Shown in pieces: positions 19,201 to 26,647 of a DNA stretch of 64,000 bases. Within the stretch, counting starts at the first letter, position 1. Each line of letters starts with the position of its first letter. Source of the stretch: a virus. The position numbers and the translations under genes were made by a program. Under the pieces are notes generated by a model. The model made no database searches. It had not been told where the DNA came from and worked only from the letters and a program-made list of their open reading frames with translations. The DNA lies in the IMG/VR virus record IMGVR_UViG_3300028920_000054, positions 26,362-90,361 of that record; one strand, written 5' to 3'.

Positions 19201-19976
19201 ATGCCTTGATACAGGCTTCTTATGGCAAGACGCTTGATGTGGACGCACTGTTACAAGCAACCAAAGAAGGAACCACTTCTTTAGATGCGGTTATATTTTT
19301 GGTTGGTGGTCTTTCTGTTTCATTAGACGCACTATTGATGGCAGTAAAGAACGAAACCTTATCGTTGGATACGCTTATACAGATAACCCAAACAGAAACG
19401 GTTTCTATTGACGCTCTTTTAGGTGCAGAAAAGACCGGATTGATTTCGTTGGATTCGTTGCTTAAAATGGCAAAGACCAATTCGGTATCAATAGATTCGT
19501 TGTTGCAGTCTTCAAAAGAAGGTTTTGTTTCGATTGACACAATTATATCTCTTGTTTTTGTAAACAACATGTCTGTTTCTCTAGACAGTATGGTGGCATT
19601 GTTACAAACCAATCAGATTTCCATTGATGCCCTTATTCAAGCCGTTGGAACGGAAACTGTTTCGCTTGATACCTTATTGCAGGCAACAAACACAAGCACC
19701 GCCGTTATGGACGTTCTAATGTCTGCATCAAGAACAGGAACTGCGGTAATAGATTCGCTGATTCAAAAGGGATACACCGGATACGCCCTTATTGATGCGA
19801 TAATAGGCCACTTCCAAAGGGTTAGTCTTGATGTTTCGATAAAGCCTGCCGGATGGGTATTGCCATTCAGGTCGATGGCAGAAGCACCATGGAGAAATAG
19901 GGTAGTTTCATCAGAAGGAAGAAACATGTATGTATCCGCACCGGGTCGGACGAGAATAGTTTATAGTAATAATTAA
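16254..19976 (+). CDS. large fibre/adhesin-like protein: beta-helix domain plus about 50 14-aa repeats
   Basis: GDY.TL..AE, NNT.VGN, KNN, DYRL beta-helix features, then the S[LI]D[AST]L[LI]Q..KT... repeat. Confidence 0.75.
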   Translation: MQWVFKVGYKKLVPDLTTRLKYWSDCQLVDIRPSGFYPTKAGKHFCIIEDGKDYWKVRSTTDWKSTKKSVLDLKKYLTVADAKGKYPWDAGYNENTVPKRKRDWFIDYKSLLDKKHITDSQFDGIYDKSWEEIIVLEGDITQLLTHEDAKTRLQSIYSDKTGTVAQNGAGAGTDGAFTIGATGDYATLTLAEADIAAQLTGDLTFEHLNEQTAISSLVQFDLDTNGHLLKITASPGAEHNGGAYGNGARIDRGTYDDIRCLETVEGSFDDLEFSNLAFDVSGAGNDGLFLSNGAKGGTWTVNRCLFKGGSSSVSLLRVYYNAKNVILKNNIVYGNDGTYGGIVLESIYAGSHQVYNNTCVGNRFGIKQDYASESTTTMVFKNNLCQANTSDFIDDGAGFGTTGHNISEDDTSPDASYQEKDLHTNSIFLDYDNNDYRLNSAGDATNLAIVDDGEDLSVIFTDDIQGQTRSTWYIGASEIVSSEETITITPSIDALVAKTFTKTASLDALLQSVRTDTLSIDSLLYATKTQEVSLDSLLQAVKTGALSIDSLVSVARTITVSLDSLLAVVGTDTVLIDALLQSAKTQKVSLDALLQAVKSGSLSIDALLQLTKTKTISMDTLLSAVKTGETSLDSMLAVVGTKTVSIDTLIQAVKEGVLSIDTLIQATKTTSASIDSLLQDSKSNTVSLDSMLRAVKSGTTSLDSILAVIGTKTISLDALLSATKTGTLSIDSLIQAVGTKTVSMDALLQEVKSGTLSLDVFLEATQTKELYLDALIEAVKSGVVSLDTILSSGLSNTISLDVLLQAVKTNTISLDTLMLLAKTQTVSIDTILAVANSVGISVDALLEASKANTISLDSLLQAVKSGVVSIDAILAGGTGIILSLDALLQSTKTGVVSIDSLVQVAKTDSTMLDSIISMTMESTSVLDAFIQKAQTSYVSIDTLLQSVKTKILSIDALLSLVKSVSVSIDSLLMATKDEVLSIDALIQASYGKTLDVDALLQATKEGTTSLDAVIFLVGGLSVSLDALLMAVKNETLSLDTLIQITQTETVSIDALLGAEKTGLISLDSLLKMAKTNSVSIDSLLQSSKEGFVSIDTIISLVFVNNMSVSLDSMVALLQTNQISIDALIQAVGTETVSLDTLLQATNTSTAVMDVLMSASRTGTAVIDSLIQKGYTGYALIDAIIGHFQRVSLDVSIKPAGWVLPFRSMAEAPWRNRVVSSEGRNMYVSAPGRTRIVYSNN
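17720..19850 (+). repeat. degenerate 42-bp (14-aa) tandem coding repeat
   Basis: e.g. SLDALLQSVRTDTL SIDSLLYATKTQEV SLDSLLQAVKTGAL; copy number estimated from span. Confidence 0.85.
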
Positions 19977-19996
19977 AGCATTACAGGAGGTTAGCA

Positions 19997-20503
19997 ATGG
20001 CGAGCACCATCCAGATACACGAAATGAGCGGGTTAACAACCGGTACGGACAAAACTTCAGGAACGGTAAGATTTAAACTAGCGGACAACGCTACGGTAGA
20101 TACTTCCAATCCGTTGGTTGTTCCTGCTGCCGGAAGTGATTATTCGTACACAAAACAGCTAAGGGCATATATGGAAGCACCCCCAAGTTCTTCCGTATCA
20201 AACTTAAAATGGTATTCAGACGGATTCAATTCCTTCGGAACCGGAATAACAGTAAATGCCCTGAATAAAGGAACCACGTGGGTTGCTAATTATGAAACGG
20301 AAGCAACCGGAGGGGCAGACCTTTTCAGTTATGCTTCAGGAACACCGCTTGATGGCGACACAACCGATGCGGGACCATTTACATTGTCAGATGACGATTC
20401 TTACATAGGGGATTTGATACTCTTGCAGATGATTGTAGCATCAACAGCCACTAACGGAGTTAAGTCTGCGGAAACATTGACATTTTCATTCGATGAAGTT
20501 TAA
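19997..20503 (+). CDS. putative virion structural protein
   Basis: P...P.AG..YSY.K and C-terminal TF.FDE motif; AGGAGG RBS. Confidence 0.55.
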   Translation: MASTIQIHEMSGLTTGTDKTSGTVRFKLADNATVDTSNPLVVPAAGSDYSYTKQLRAYMEAPPSSSVSNLKWYSDGFNSFGTGITVNALNKGTTWVANYETEATGGADLFSYASGTPLDGDTTDAGPFTLSDDDSYIGDLILLQMIVASTATNGVKSAETLTFSFDEV

Positions 20504-20519
20504 TTAAAGGCCGGGAATT

Positions 20520-20816
20520 ATGCAGAAAAACTATGTTTGGGAAGCTGAAAGGTCAGACGGAACCATTGTTGCAAAAGGTGAAAACCTTGAGGATTGTGTA
20601 AGGTTTTCTCTTATTCCATTTAGTTTCGGATTGCAGAGATTCGATCTGATAGGAATTAAAATGAAACGCAGATTCTGTCGTGGATTTATAAATGCCCTTG
20701 GTGGGGGATACAAAGATTATCTTCACTGCATAGTGTGCGATGGCTTTAGGGTGTGGGTAAGTTATAAAAGTGGAAGGGTTTGGATTTTACCTGAAGACTA
20801 TGAACTTAGGCTGTAG
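20520..20816 (+). CDS. hypothetical protein
   Basis: Operon context. Confidence 0.5.
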   Translation: MQKNYVWEAERSDGTIVAKGENLEDCVRFSLIPFSFGLQRFDLIGIKMKRRFCRGFINALGGGYKDYLHCIVCDGFRVWVSYKSGRVWILPEDYELRL

Positions 20817-20826
20817 GGGATAGGTT

Positions 20827-21153
20827 ATGGCATTTGGAGCAAAACAATCAAGTGAATTGTATTATGTACTGTTTGACTTTGATGAAGACCTTAATCCTAC
20901 AGATTCAGATGGGACTTCTCTTGCCACGGATAGTCTTGCGTCTATTGCTACAGTATCTGTTGTTGACCAGAATACAGGGTATTCGTTTGCAACCCTTGTG
21001 GACACTTCAAAGAACTCTGTTGATTCTACAAGGGCGTGGGTGTGGGTTAAGGATGGGACTTCAGGGCACAATTATAAAATAACGGTGCTGGTTCTTACGA
21101 ATTCAAATGCAAAGTATGAAATGGATGGAATTTTACCAGTGAGGGATAAGTAA
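20827..21153 (+). CDS. fibre/tail adaptor-like protein
   Basis: KQ..E...FDF, VWV..GT.G..YKI motif. Confidence 0.55.
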   Translation: MAFGAKQSSELYYVLFDFDEDLNPTDSDGTSLATDSLASIATVSVVDQNTGYSFATLVDTSKNSVDSTRAWVWVKDGTSGHNYKITVLVLTNSNAKYEMDGILPVRDK

Positions 21154-21623
21154 TGCCGACTGTAGATTCAACAAACTCATATAGAACTATAGCACAGATA
21201 GACACATATTGTGAAAACCATGGACTCACTGAGTGGGCAGACGCCTCAAACTATGACAAAGAAACTGCCGCCTTAAGGGGCATGGCTTACATAGAATCAA
21301 AAATGTATAAGGGGCAGAAATATTCAAGCACCCAAGACAGAAAATGGCCACGGATAAATGCCACGGATGAAGACAATGTTGTGATAGATTATTCTACGAT
21401 TCCCGATGCTATAGCAAACGCTCAATGCCGTGCGGCCTATGAAGAAATTGTCAGTCCCGGAATTTTGCAACCAAACCTTTCGAGGGATTCGTTTACAAGC
21501 AGAGAAAAAATTGACGTGATAGATATAAGCTATGAACCGGGAAGAAACAAAACGGCATTTCAAGTAATAGATGGATACTTAAGGGGGTATCTGTTGCAAA
21601 CCGGAACGCTAATAAGGTGTTAG
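21153..21623 (+). CDS. head-tail adaptor (DnaT-like annotated family)
   Basis: NSY.T, KE.A, Y.G.K....Q...WPR, IP..I..AQ..AA, EKID.I...Y. Confidence 0.8.
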   Translation: MPTVDSTNSYRTIAQIDTYCENHGLTEWADASNYDKETAALRGMAYIESKMYKGQKYSSTQDRKWPRINATDEDNVVIDYSTIPDAIANAQCRAAYEEIVSPGILQPNLSRDSFTSREKIDVIDISYEPGRNKTAFQVIDGYLRGYLLQTGTLIRC

Positions 21624-21632
21624 GAGAAAATC

Positions 21633-21824
21633 ATGGGTATAACTTCAGAAGCAGCCCTTAAAAGGGGTTTGATTGCGGCGAACGAAAGAATAGCATCACT
21701 TGAAAAGTTGGTGAAGTTTTTTGAAGAAAAGGCCATTCAAGAAGAAGCATTAAAAGAAGAAGCACAGAAAAACCTTTACGACTTGGTTAAGAAGATAGAA
21801 AAGAAAGCCAAAAAAGACGAATAA
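21633..21824 (+). CDS. small coiled-coil protein
   Basis: AGGAG RBS; coupled to the next gene. Confidence 0.45.
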   Translation: MGITSEAALKRGLIAANERIASLEKLVKFFEEKAIQEEALKEEAQKNLYDLVKKIEKKAKKDE

Positions 21825-22180
21825 TGGATTACGATGCCATTGCAACCAAAGCAAACGCTTTAATAGTAAAATATGGTGGAGATGTTGTTCTAACACAGAC
21901 ATCGCTTTCTTCAACATATTCTACGCTTACACATTCGTATACCAAGACCACAAAAACGTATTCGTGTAAGGGCGTTTCAAGGGAACATTCAAAAGGTTTA
22001 TTGCCTGCATCATTGGGAGTTGGTTCGGATGAAGACTTTTTGTTACCTGCGTCTTTGGCAGTAGCTCCGGTTCCAAACGATACGATGACATTTAGCGATG
22101 TAACATACTATATAGATAGGGTAAGGCCGGTGGCCCCCGGTGGAACAACATTGCTTTACAAGGTATGGGTTAAGGGATGA
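21824..22180 (+). CDS. head closure protein
   Basis: A..LI.KYG..V.L, P...D, V.P.G...LY; synteny. Confidence 0.7.
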   Translation: MDYDAIATKANALIVKYGGDVVLTQTSLSSTYSTLTHSYTKTTKTYSCKGVSREHSKGLLPASLGVGSDEDFLLPASLAVAPVPNDTMTFSDVTYYIDRVRPVAPGGTTLLYKVWVKG

Positions 22181-22650
22181 GAAACTATCCAATAGATACT
22201 AATGCTGCCGGATTTATGAAAACACTTCGGAAAATTGGAGAAGACATAAAGGCAGACGCAAAAAAGATGGTAAATGGCGTTGTTACAAGAACGCTTGATT
22301 CTGAAATTGCAGCATCACCGGTTGACAAAGGAAATTATATCGCAAGTCACAGGGTTGCGGTTAATGCAGAACGGACAGACTTTTATAATGGCGACTTTGG
22401 TGGTGCAAGATATAGCGAAGCAAGGGCACAGGCAGGGGCGAATTATTCAAAGCAGGAGGCGGCTGATTTTGATTGGAATTTTGGTGATAGTTCTGTGTGG
22501 TTTTCTAACCATGTACCACACGCAAGTTACGTTGAGTACGGAAGTCCTTCGTGGAAATATACCGGCCCGTACTTGATTTACGCTCAGGCCGAAGAAAGGG
22601 TTAAGAACATATATATCCCCGAAGAAGCTAAGAAAGTTGGCTGGGAATGA
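22177..22650 (+). CDS. HK97 gp10-like neck/tail completion protein
   Basis: SPVD.G....S, N.VP.A..VEYG. Confidence 0.75.
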   Translation: MRNYPIDTNAAGFMKTLRKIGEDIKADAKKMVNGVVTRTLDSEIAASPVDKGNYIASHRVAVNAERTDFYNGDFGGARYSEARAQAGANYSKQEAADFDWNFGDSSVWFSNHVPHASYVEYGSPSWKYTGPYLIYAQAEERVKNIYIPEEAKKVGWE

Positions 22651-23048
22651 CGATTCAAGAAGTTTACAATGCGCTTGATGCCTATATAAATGTTTCGTGG
22701 ACGACAACTTCCATTCAGGCAGAGAATTATGAATTTGACACCGAAACAACCACTCCATATATTCAACCGCTGTTTGTTCCTGATGTTGTGGCAGAAGGGG
22801 AGGTTGCTGGAAGCAATAGTGCCGGTGTAAGCATAAGATACGGAACGTACATGATTAACGTGTACAGACCAAAGAATGAAGGTCTTGCAACCATAATGGG
22901 GTATTTGAGTACATTAGAAGGATTGTTTTATTACAAAGACATTAAGTGTGTAAATACTGAAAGGCCATATTCGAGAAGGATAGGAATAGAAGGAAATTTT
23001 GTTAGGTGGGTAGTTATAATACCATGGTTTGCATTTGTTAATGAATAG
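22647..23048 (+). CDS. tail terminator protein
   Basis: EN..F, G...I.V..PK..G, V.IP; position after the gp10-like gene. Confidence 0.65.
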   Translation: MTIQEVYNALDAYINVSWTTTSIQAENYEFDTETTTPYIQPLFVPDVVAEGEVAGSNSAGVSIRYGTYMINVYRPKNEGLATIMGYLSTLEGLFYYKDIKCVNTERPYSRRIGIEGNFVRWVVIIPWFAFVNE

Positions 23049-23061
23049 ACCGGGAGGGTTT

Positions 23062-24186
23062 ATGTTAAGTTTTTGTTTGATGGTTCGGGATGAAGAAGCC
23101 AATTTACCAAGATGCCTTGAAAGCATCAAAAACGTAGCAGATGAAATAATTGTAGTAGATACAGGTTCAACTGATAAGACGAAAGAAATTGCGTTAAGTT
23201 ACGGAGCAAAGATTTATGACCATCCATGGGAAGATGATTTTTCGTTACATCGAAATCAGACCCTTGGATATGCAACCAAAAAGTTTGTGTTTGTAATAGA
23301 TGCAGATGAAGAACTCTTTTTTAACGAAGATGTAGAAAAGTTCAAAAAGTTCCTTAAAAAATTGCCAGATCAGTATAGTACTATTCTTCTTTTGGTAAAG
23401 GATATGGCGGGTGGCAAGAATGTAATGCAGTTCAATTCCGCAAGGCTGTTCAGACGTGGAACGGTGCATTACGAAAACGCAGTCCACAACCAACCCATTG
23501 CGACGGGAAAGGGTGGAATATACGAAGGTTGTTATTTGAGGCATTATGGATATGACCTTACGCCGGAACAAAAAGAAATTAAAAAGCAGCGTATCCTAAA
23601 AATGCTTACACGCAGACTTGAAAAGGACCCAGAAGATTGGGATGCGTACTTTTATCTGTGCCAATGCTATGCCGTAAATGATGAAGTTGAAAAGTCAATT
23701 GAAGCGGGAGAGATTTATATTTCGCATAAAGAAGAAATTACCATAAAAGACTCGATATTCTTTACCATGGTAAGACAGTATATGAAGATGAAAAATGAGA
23801 CCAAGGCATCGGAATGGTTACACATGGGACTAGAAAGGAGACCAGACGATCTTGACCTGAACGTTGCCATGGTTGAATTTGGAGTATGGGCGCAGAATTC
23901 TTTTCTTATAGCAAAGGGAGCACAGCAGTACATTTTAAGTTATGAACAAATGAAGCAAAACCCGATGGCAAAAGGAAATAGGTTTGTGTTTTCGTTCAGC
24001 AATGAGGTTCTTGCATTTTGTCACTACTGGCTTGCGTTGGTAAGGTTAGAAGAAGGAAAACGGGTTCTTGATGGTCTTAAAAATTTACTTCCAATAGTAT
24101 CGGAAGAATGCAGAGAAAAGACCACAAAAAACCTTGCAGAATTTTGGCAAAAGTTGGGAGGTATTTCAATTGAATTTACCTCGTAA
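23062..24186 (+). CDS. GT2 glycosyltransferase with TPR-like C-terminus
   Basis: LMVRDEE..LPRCL.S, VVDTGSTD.T, W..DFS..RN, IDADE, VHNQ, HYGY, then helical repeats. Confidence 0.9.
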   Translation: MLSFCLMVRDEEANLPRCLESIKNVADEIIVVDTGSTDKTKEIALSYGAKIYDHPWEDDFSLHRNQTLGYATKKFVFVIDADEELFFNEDVEKFKKFLKKLPDQYSTILLLVKDMAGGKNVMQFNSARLFRRGTVHYENAVHNQPIATGKGGIYEGCYLRHYGYDLTPEQKEIKKQRILKMLTRRLEKDPEDWDAYFYLCQCYAVNDEVEKSIEAGEIYISHKEEITIKDSIFFTMVRQYMKMKNETKASEWLHMGLERRPDDLDLNVAMVEFGVWAQNSFLIAKGAQQYILSYEQMKQNPMAKGNRFVFSFSNEVLAFCHYWLALVRLEEGKRVLDGLKNLLPIVSEECREKTTKNLAEFWQKLGGISIEFTS

Positions 24187-24346
24187 CTGCTGCTATGTAT
24201 GCGGAAAACTTTTGTTCATAGGGTTCGCAGAAAACATAGAAATAAAGTGTCGTCGATGTAAGACTTTGTGTAAGTTTACAAAAGACGACTGGAATAATTC
24301 ACACGAGACCCGTGAGGCCCCAAAAGTAGGAGGTAAGGTAATATGA
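24170..24346 (+). CDS. Mu Com-like zinc-finger regulator
   Basis: C..CGKLLF.....IEIKC.RC; TTG start after GGAGG. Confidence 0.75.
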   Translation: MNLPRNCCYVCGKLLFIGFAENIEIKCRRCKTLCKFTKDDWNNSHETREAPKVGGKVI

Positions 24347-25731
24347 GTTGTGGGAATATAGGATTAGCAAGAAAGCAACGGGTATTCGTGTGCATAGAAG
24401 ATACTTGTGGGACGTTGAAGTTCCCTACACCTAGTACTGACTTCATTTTGTCTGCCGGTAATGCTGCCATGAATCAGAAGCCTGCGTTTGTAGATTCTCT
24501 TGAACTGCGGGACACGCTTGACGTGTTGGCACAATTCCAGAGTGCTACAGGCCCTGCAACATGGACAATTCCGATGTACCTTAGAATGACAGGTACAGTT
24601 GGAACCACAGAATATCCACAGGGGGATGCATTATTTCAGTCACTTCAGGGAAGCAGGAAATCAGCAACGACTGCTTCTTTGGATGGTGGAGTGATCGCAG
24701 CCGGAACAACTATTGTTTTAAAAGCAATAGATAACGAACAGTTACCTAAGGTTGGTGTCGTTACGATAGGAAGCGAGAAGATTTATTATGACACCCTTAC
24801 TCAGGGACAGAGTAGCACAGCCGCAACACTGACTGGCTTGACGAGGGCATATAATTCAACGGTAGCCGCTGACGCAACCGATGATAGCCTTGTAACGCTG
24901 TCGAGTATTTTTTATCAGCAGGATACTTCTAGTCCATCGGTAAGTATATGGATAGAAGACGATCATTTGATTCGTGGGCTTTCAGGCGCAACTGTCAACA
25001 ACTGTGCTGTTACCATCAACAATGAAGGTGCAGTTATGTTCACGTTCAGTGGTGAAGGAATGGAAATGGTATGGGCGGGAACAAGTGCCCTAGCTTCAGC
25101 TTCTGCCGCAAGCGCCACCACTATTTATGTTGACGATGGAGAAATATTCAAAGCTGGTGCTTATATTTGGAATGAAACTCAGGCTGACAATAACTCAGGT
25201 GCTGGATATGAAATAAGTGCCGTTACGGGAAACATACTTACCCTTGGAACTGTTGGTGGGATAGATTCTGCTTGGGCTACAGACGATGTTGTAAAGGGAT
25301 ACCTTGGAACCGAAACAGCAATAGGTACTGCGGTTGAAAGTAGACTTAGTGACGTATATCTTGACGACGTTGCCACAAAGGTTCGTACCATGGACTTAAC
25401 CGTTTCCGTTCCAAAAACCTACATTACAGATGAAATTGGAACCGATTATCCTGAAGCATATATGGAAGATCAGCGCTCTATTACTGGAAGTCTTGGTCTG
25501 TATTTACGAAAAGCCGATGTTCAGTATTTTTCTCAGGGTTTTGCTGGAACCACAAAGGAACTAGTAATTAATTTCGGTGATACGCAGGGCTACATAATGG
25601 ACTTGGTTATGCCAAAAGCACAGATAGAAGTTCCTGAAATAAGTCAGGACGGCGCTGCACAGGCAATGTCAATAAATTTCAAATCGCTCGGAAATTTTGG
25701 TGAGGACAGCTTGGATATAGTACTGAGATAA
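24343..25731 (+). CDS. major tail (tube) protein with inserted domains
   Basis: Position before chaperone and TMP; G..V....., R.ITG.L.LY, MP...I..P patterns; G.V.IGSE.I.Y insert. Confidence 0.7.
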   Translation: MSCGNIGLARKQRVFVCIEDTCGTLKFPTPSTDFILSAGNAAMNQKPAFVDSLELRDTLDVLAQFQSATGPATWTIPMYLRMTGTVGTTEYPQGDALFQSLQGSRKSATTASLDGGVIAAGTTIVLKAIDNEQLPKVGVVTIGSEKIYYDTLTQGQSSTAATLTGLTRAYNSTVAADATDDSLVTLSSIFYQQDTSSPSVSIWIEDDHLIRGLSGATVNNCAVTINNEGAVMFTFSGEGMEMVWAGTSALASASAASATTIYVDDGEIFKAGAYIWNETQADNNSGAGYEISAVTGNILTLGTVGGIDSAWATDDVVKGYLGTETAIGTAVESRLSDVYLDDVATKVRTMDLTVSVPKTYITDEIGTDYPEAYMEDQRSITGSLGLYLRKADVQYFSQGFAGTTKELVINFGDTQGYIMDLVMPKAQIEVPEISQDGAAQAMSINFKSLGNFGEDSLDIVLR

Positions 25732-25740
25732 TTGAATTAT

Positions 25741-25798
25741 GTGTGGGATAAACGCTTAGCGGCGGCAAGATGAATCCCGGCATCTTGCATTCCCACAC
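25741..25798 (+). other. nested stem-loop between the tail tube and chaperone genes
   Basis: GTGTGGGA/TCCCACAC outer stem and GCAAGATG/CATCTTGC inner stem. Confidence 0.6.
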
Positions 25799-25864
25799 CT
25801 TTATTAACCACTGGGGAAGCACCAATGCTCGTGAAGCAGTGATGCTCTATTTAAGGGGAATGCA

Positions 25865-26245
25865 ATGAAATTAAGGACAAAGAAAACTGTACAATGGATA
25901 ACTTTTTTAAGAGACGGATTTGAAGCAAAGTTTCAAGTATCACCGATGACCGAATCGGAAAACGCCGACTTGTTAAAGGCGTGTCGAAAGTGGATTTGGG
26001 AAAAGAATCAGAGGATAGAAGATACACCAGATTATCAGTCGTTCAAGGCACAGAAGATTAAAAAGACCATCCTTGATTGGGAAGGGGTAGAAAACGAAGA
26101 CGGAACCCCGCTTCAGTGTACTGACGAAAACAAGATGGCCATTTATAAGGGCGACCCAGAAGTAATAAATTGGGTACTTGAACAGGCTGACAAGATTCTC
26201 GAATCCGGTTTAAAGGATGAAGAGGAAGCGAACGAAAATTTATAA
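25865..26245 (+). CDS. tail assembly chaperone (gpG-like)
   Basis: I.DWEGV..EDG.PL.CT.ENK motif; directly upstream of the TMP. Confidence 0.8.
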   Translation: MKLRTKKTVQWITFLRDGFEAKFQVSPMTESENADLLKACRKWIWEKNQRIEDTPDYQSFKAQKIKKTILDWEGVENEDGTPLQCTDENKMAIYKGDPEVINWVLEQADKILESGLKDEEEANENL

Positions 26246-26598
26246 AATGGGCTGAGTGGTACGGTGGCACTGCTAAAAAGAAGGGTGCCTCCTCAACACT
26301 CGATTGCAAGGAATGTAGGGAACTCTATGCTGCTTGGGACGAAGAGCCACCTTGCGATGAATGCCCTAGACCAACTTATTTATTTCCAGACAATTACATT
26401 GCATGGAAATTTTGGAATTGGTTGCATAGATATGGACGTGAATCATCAATTAATGGACTTGCTCCAATTAAGATAGATTCAGCGTTAGATTTATGCAGGG
26501 CACGGGATACTACATGGGAAGATTTTGAAAAGATTCTTCTAATCGAAGACACTTTATACCCAAAACTTATTGAGCCACGAGAGGGTCATGAAAAATGA
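26236..26598 (+). CDS. -1 frameshift extension of the tail assembly chaperone (gpGT-like)
   Basis: Slippery A AAT TTA at 26236-26242 just before the stop; the -1 frame is open to TGA 26598 (FIKWAEWYG...CKEC...PPCDECP...N..AW...). Confidence 0.8.
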   Translation, partial: KFIKWAEWYGGTAKKKGASSTLDCKECRELYAAWDEEPPCDECPRPTYLFPDNYIAWKFWNWLHRYGRESSINGLAPIKIDSALDLCRARDTTWEDFEKILLIEDTLYPKLIEPREGHEK

Positions 26599-26599
26599 A

Positions 26600-26634
26600 A
26601 AGCCGAGCAAACCTAAAAAGTAGCTTGGCTTTTT
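26600..26634 (+). terminator. hairpin plus T-tract before the tape measure gene
   Basis: AAGCCGAGC...GCTTGGCTT followed by a T run. Confidence 0.5.
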
Positions 26635-26647
26635 GCGTGGAGATGCC

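Noticed and set aside
26264-26476. 70-aa ORF between the chaperone and TMP
   Set aside because: Wrong frame; the -1 frameshift frame explains the region better
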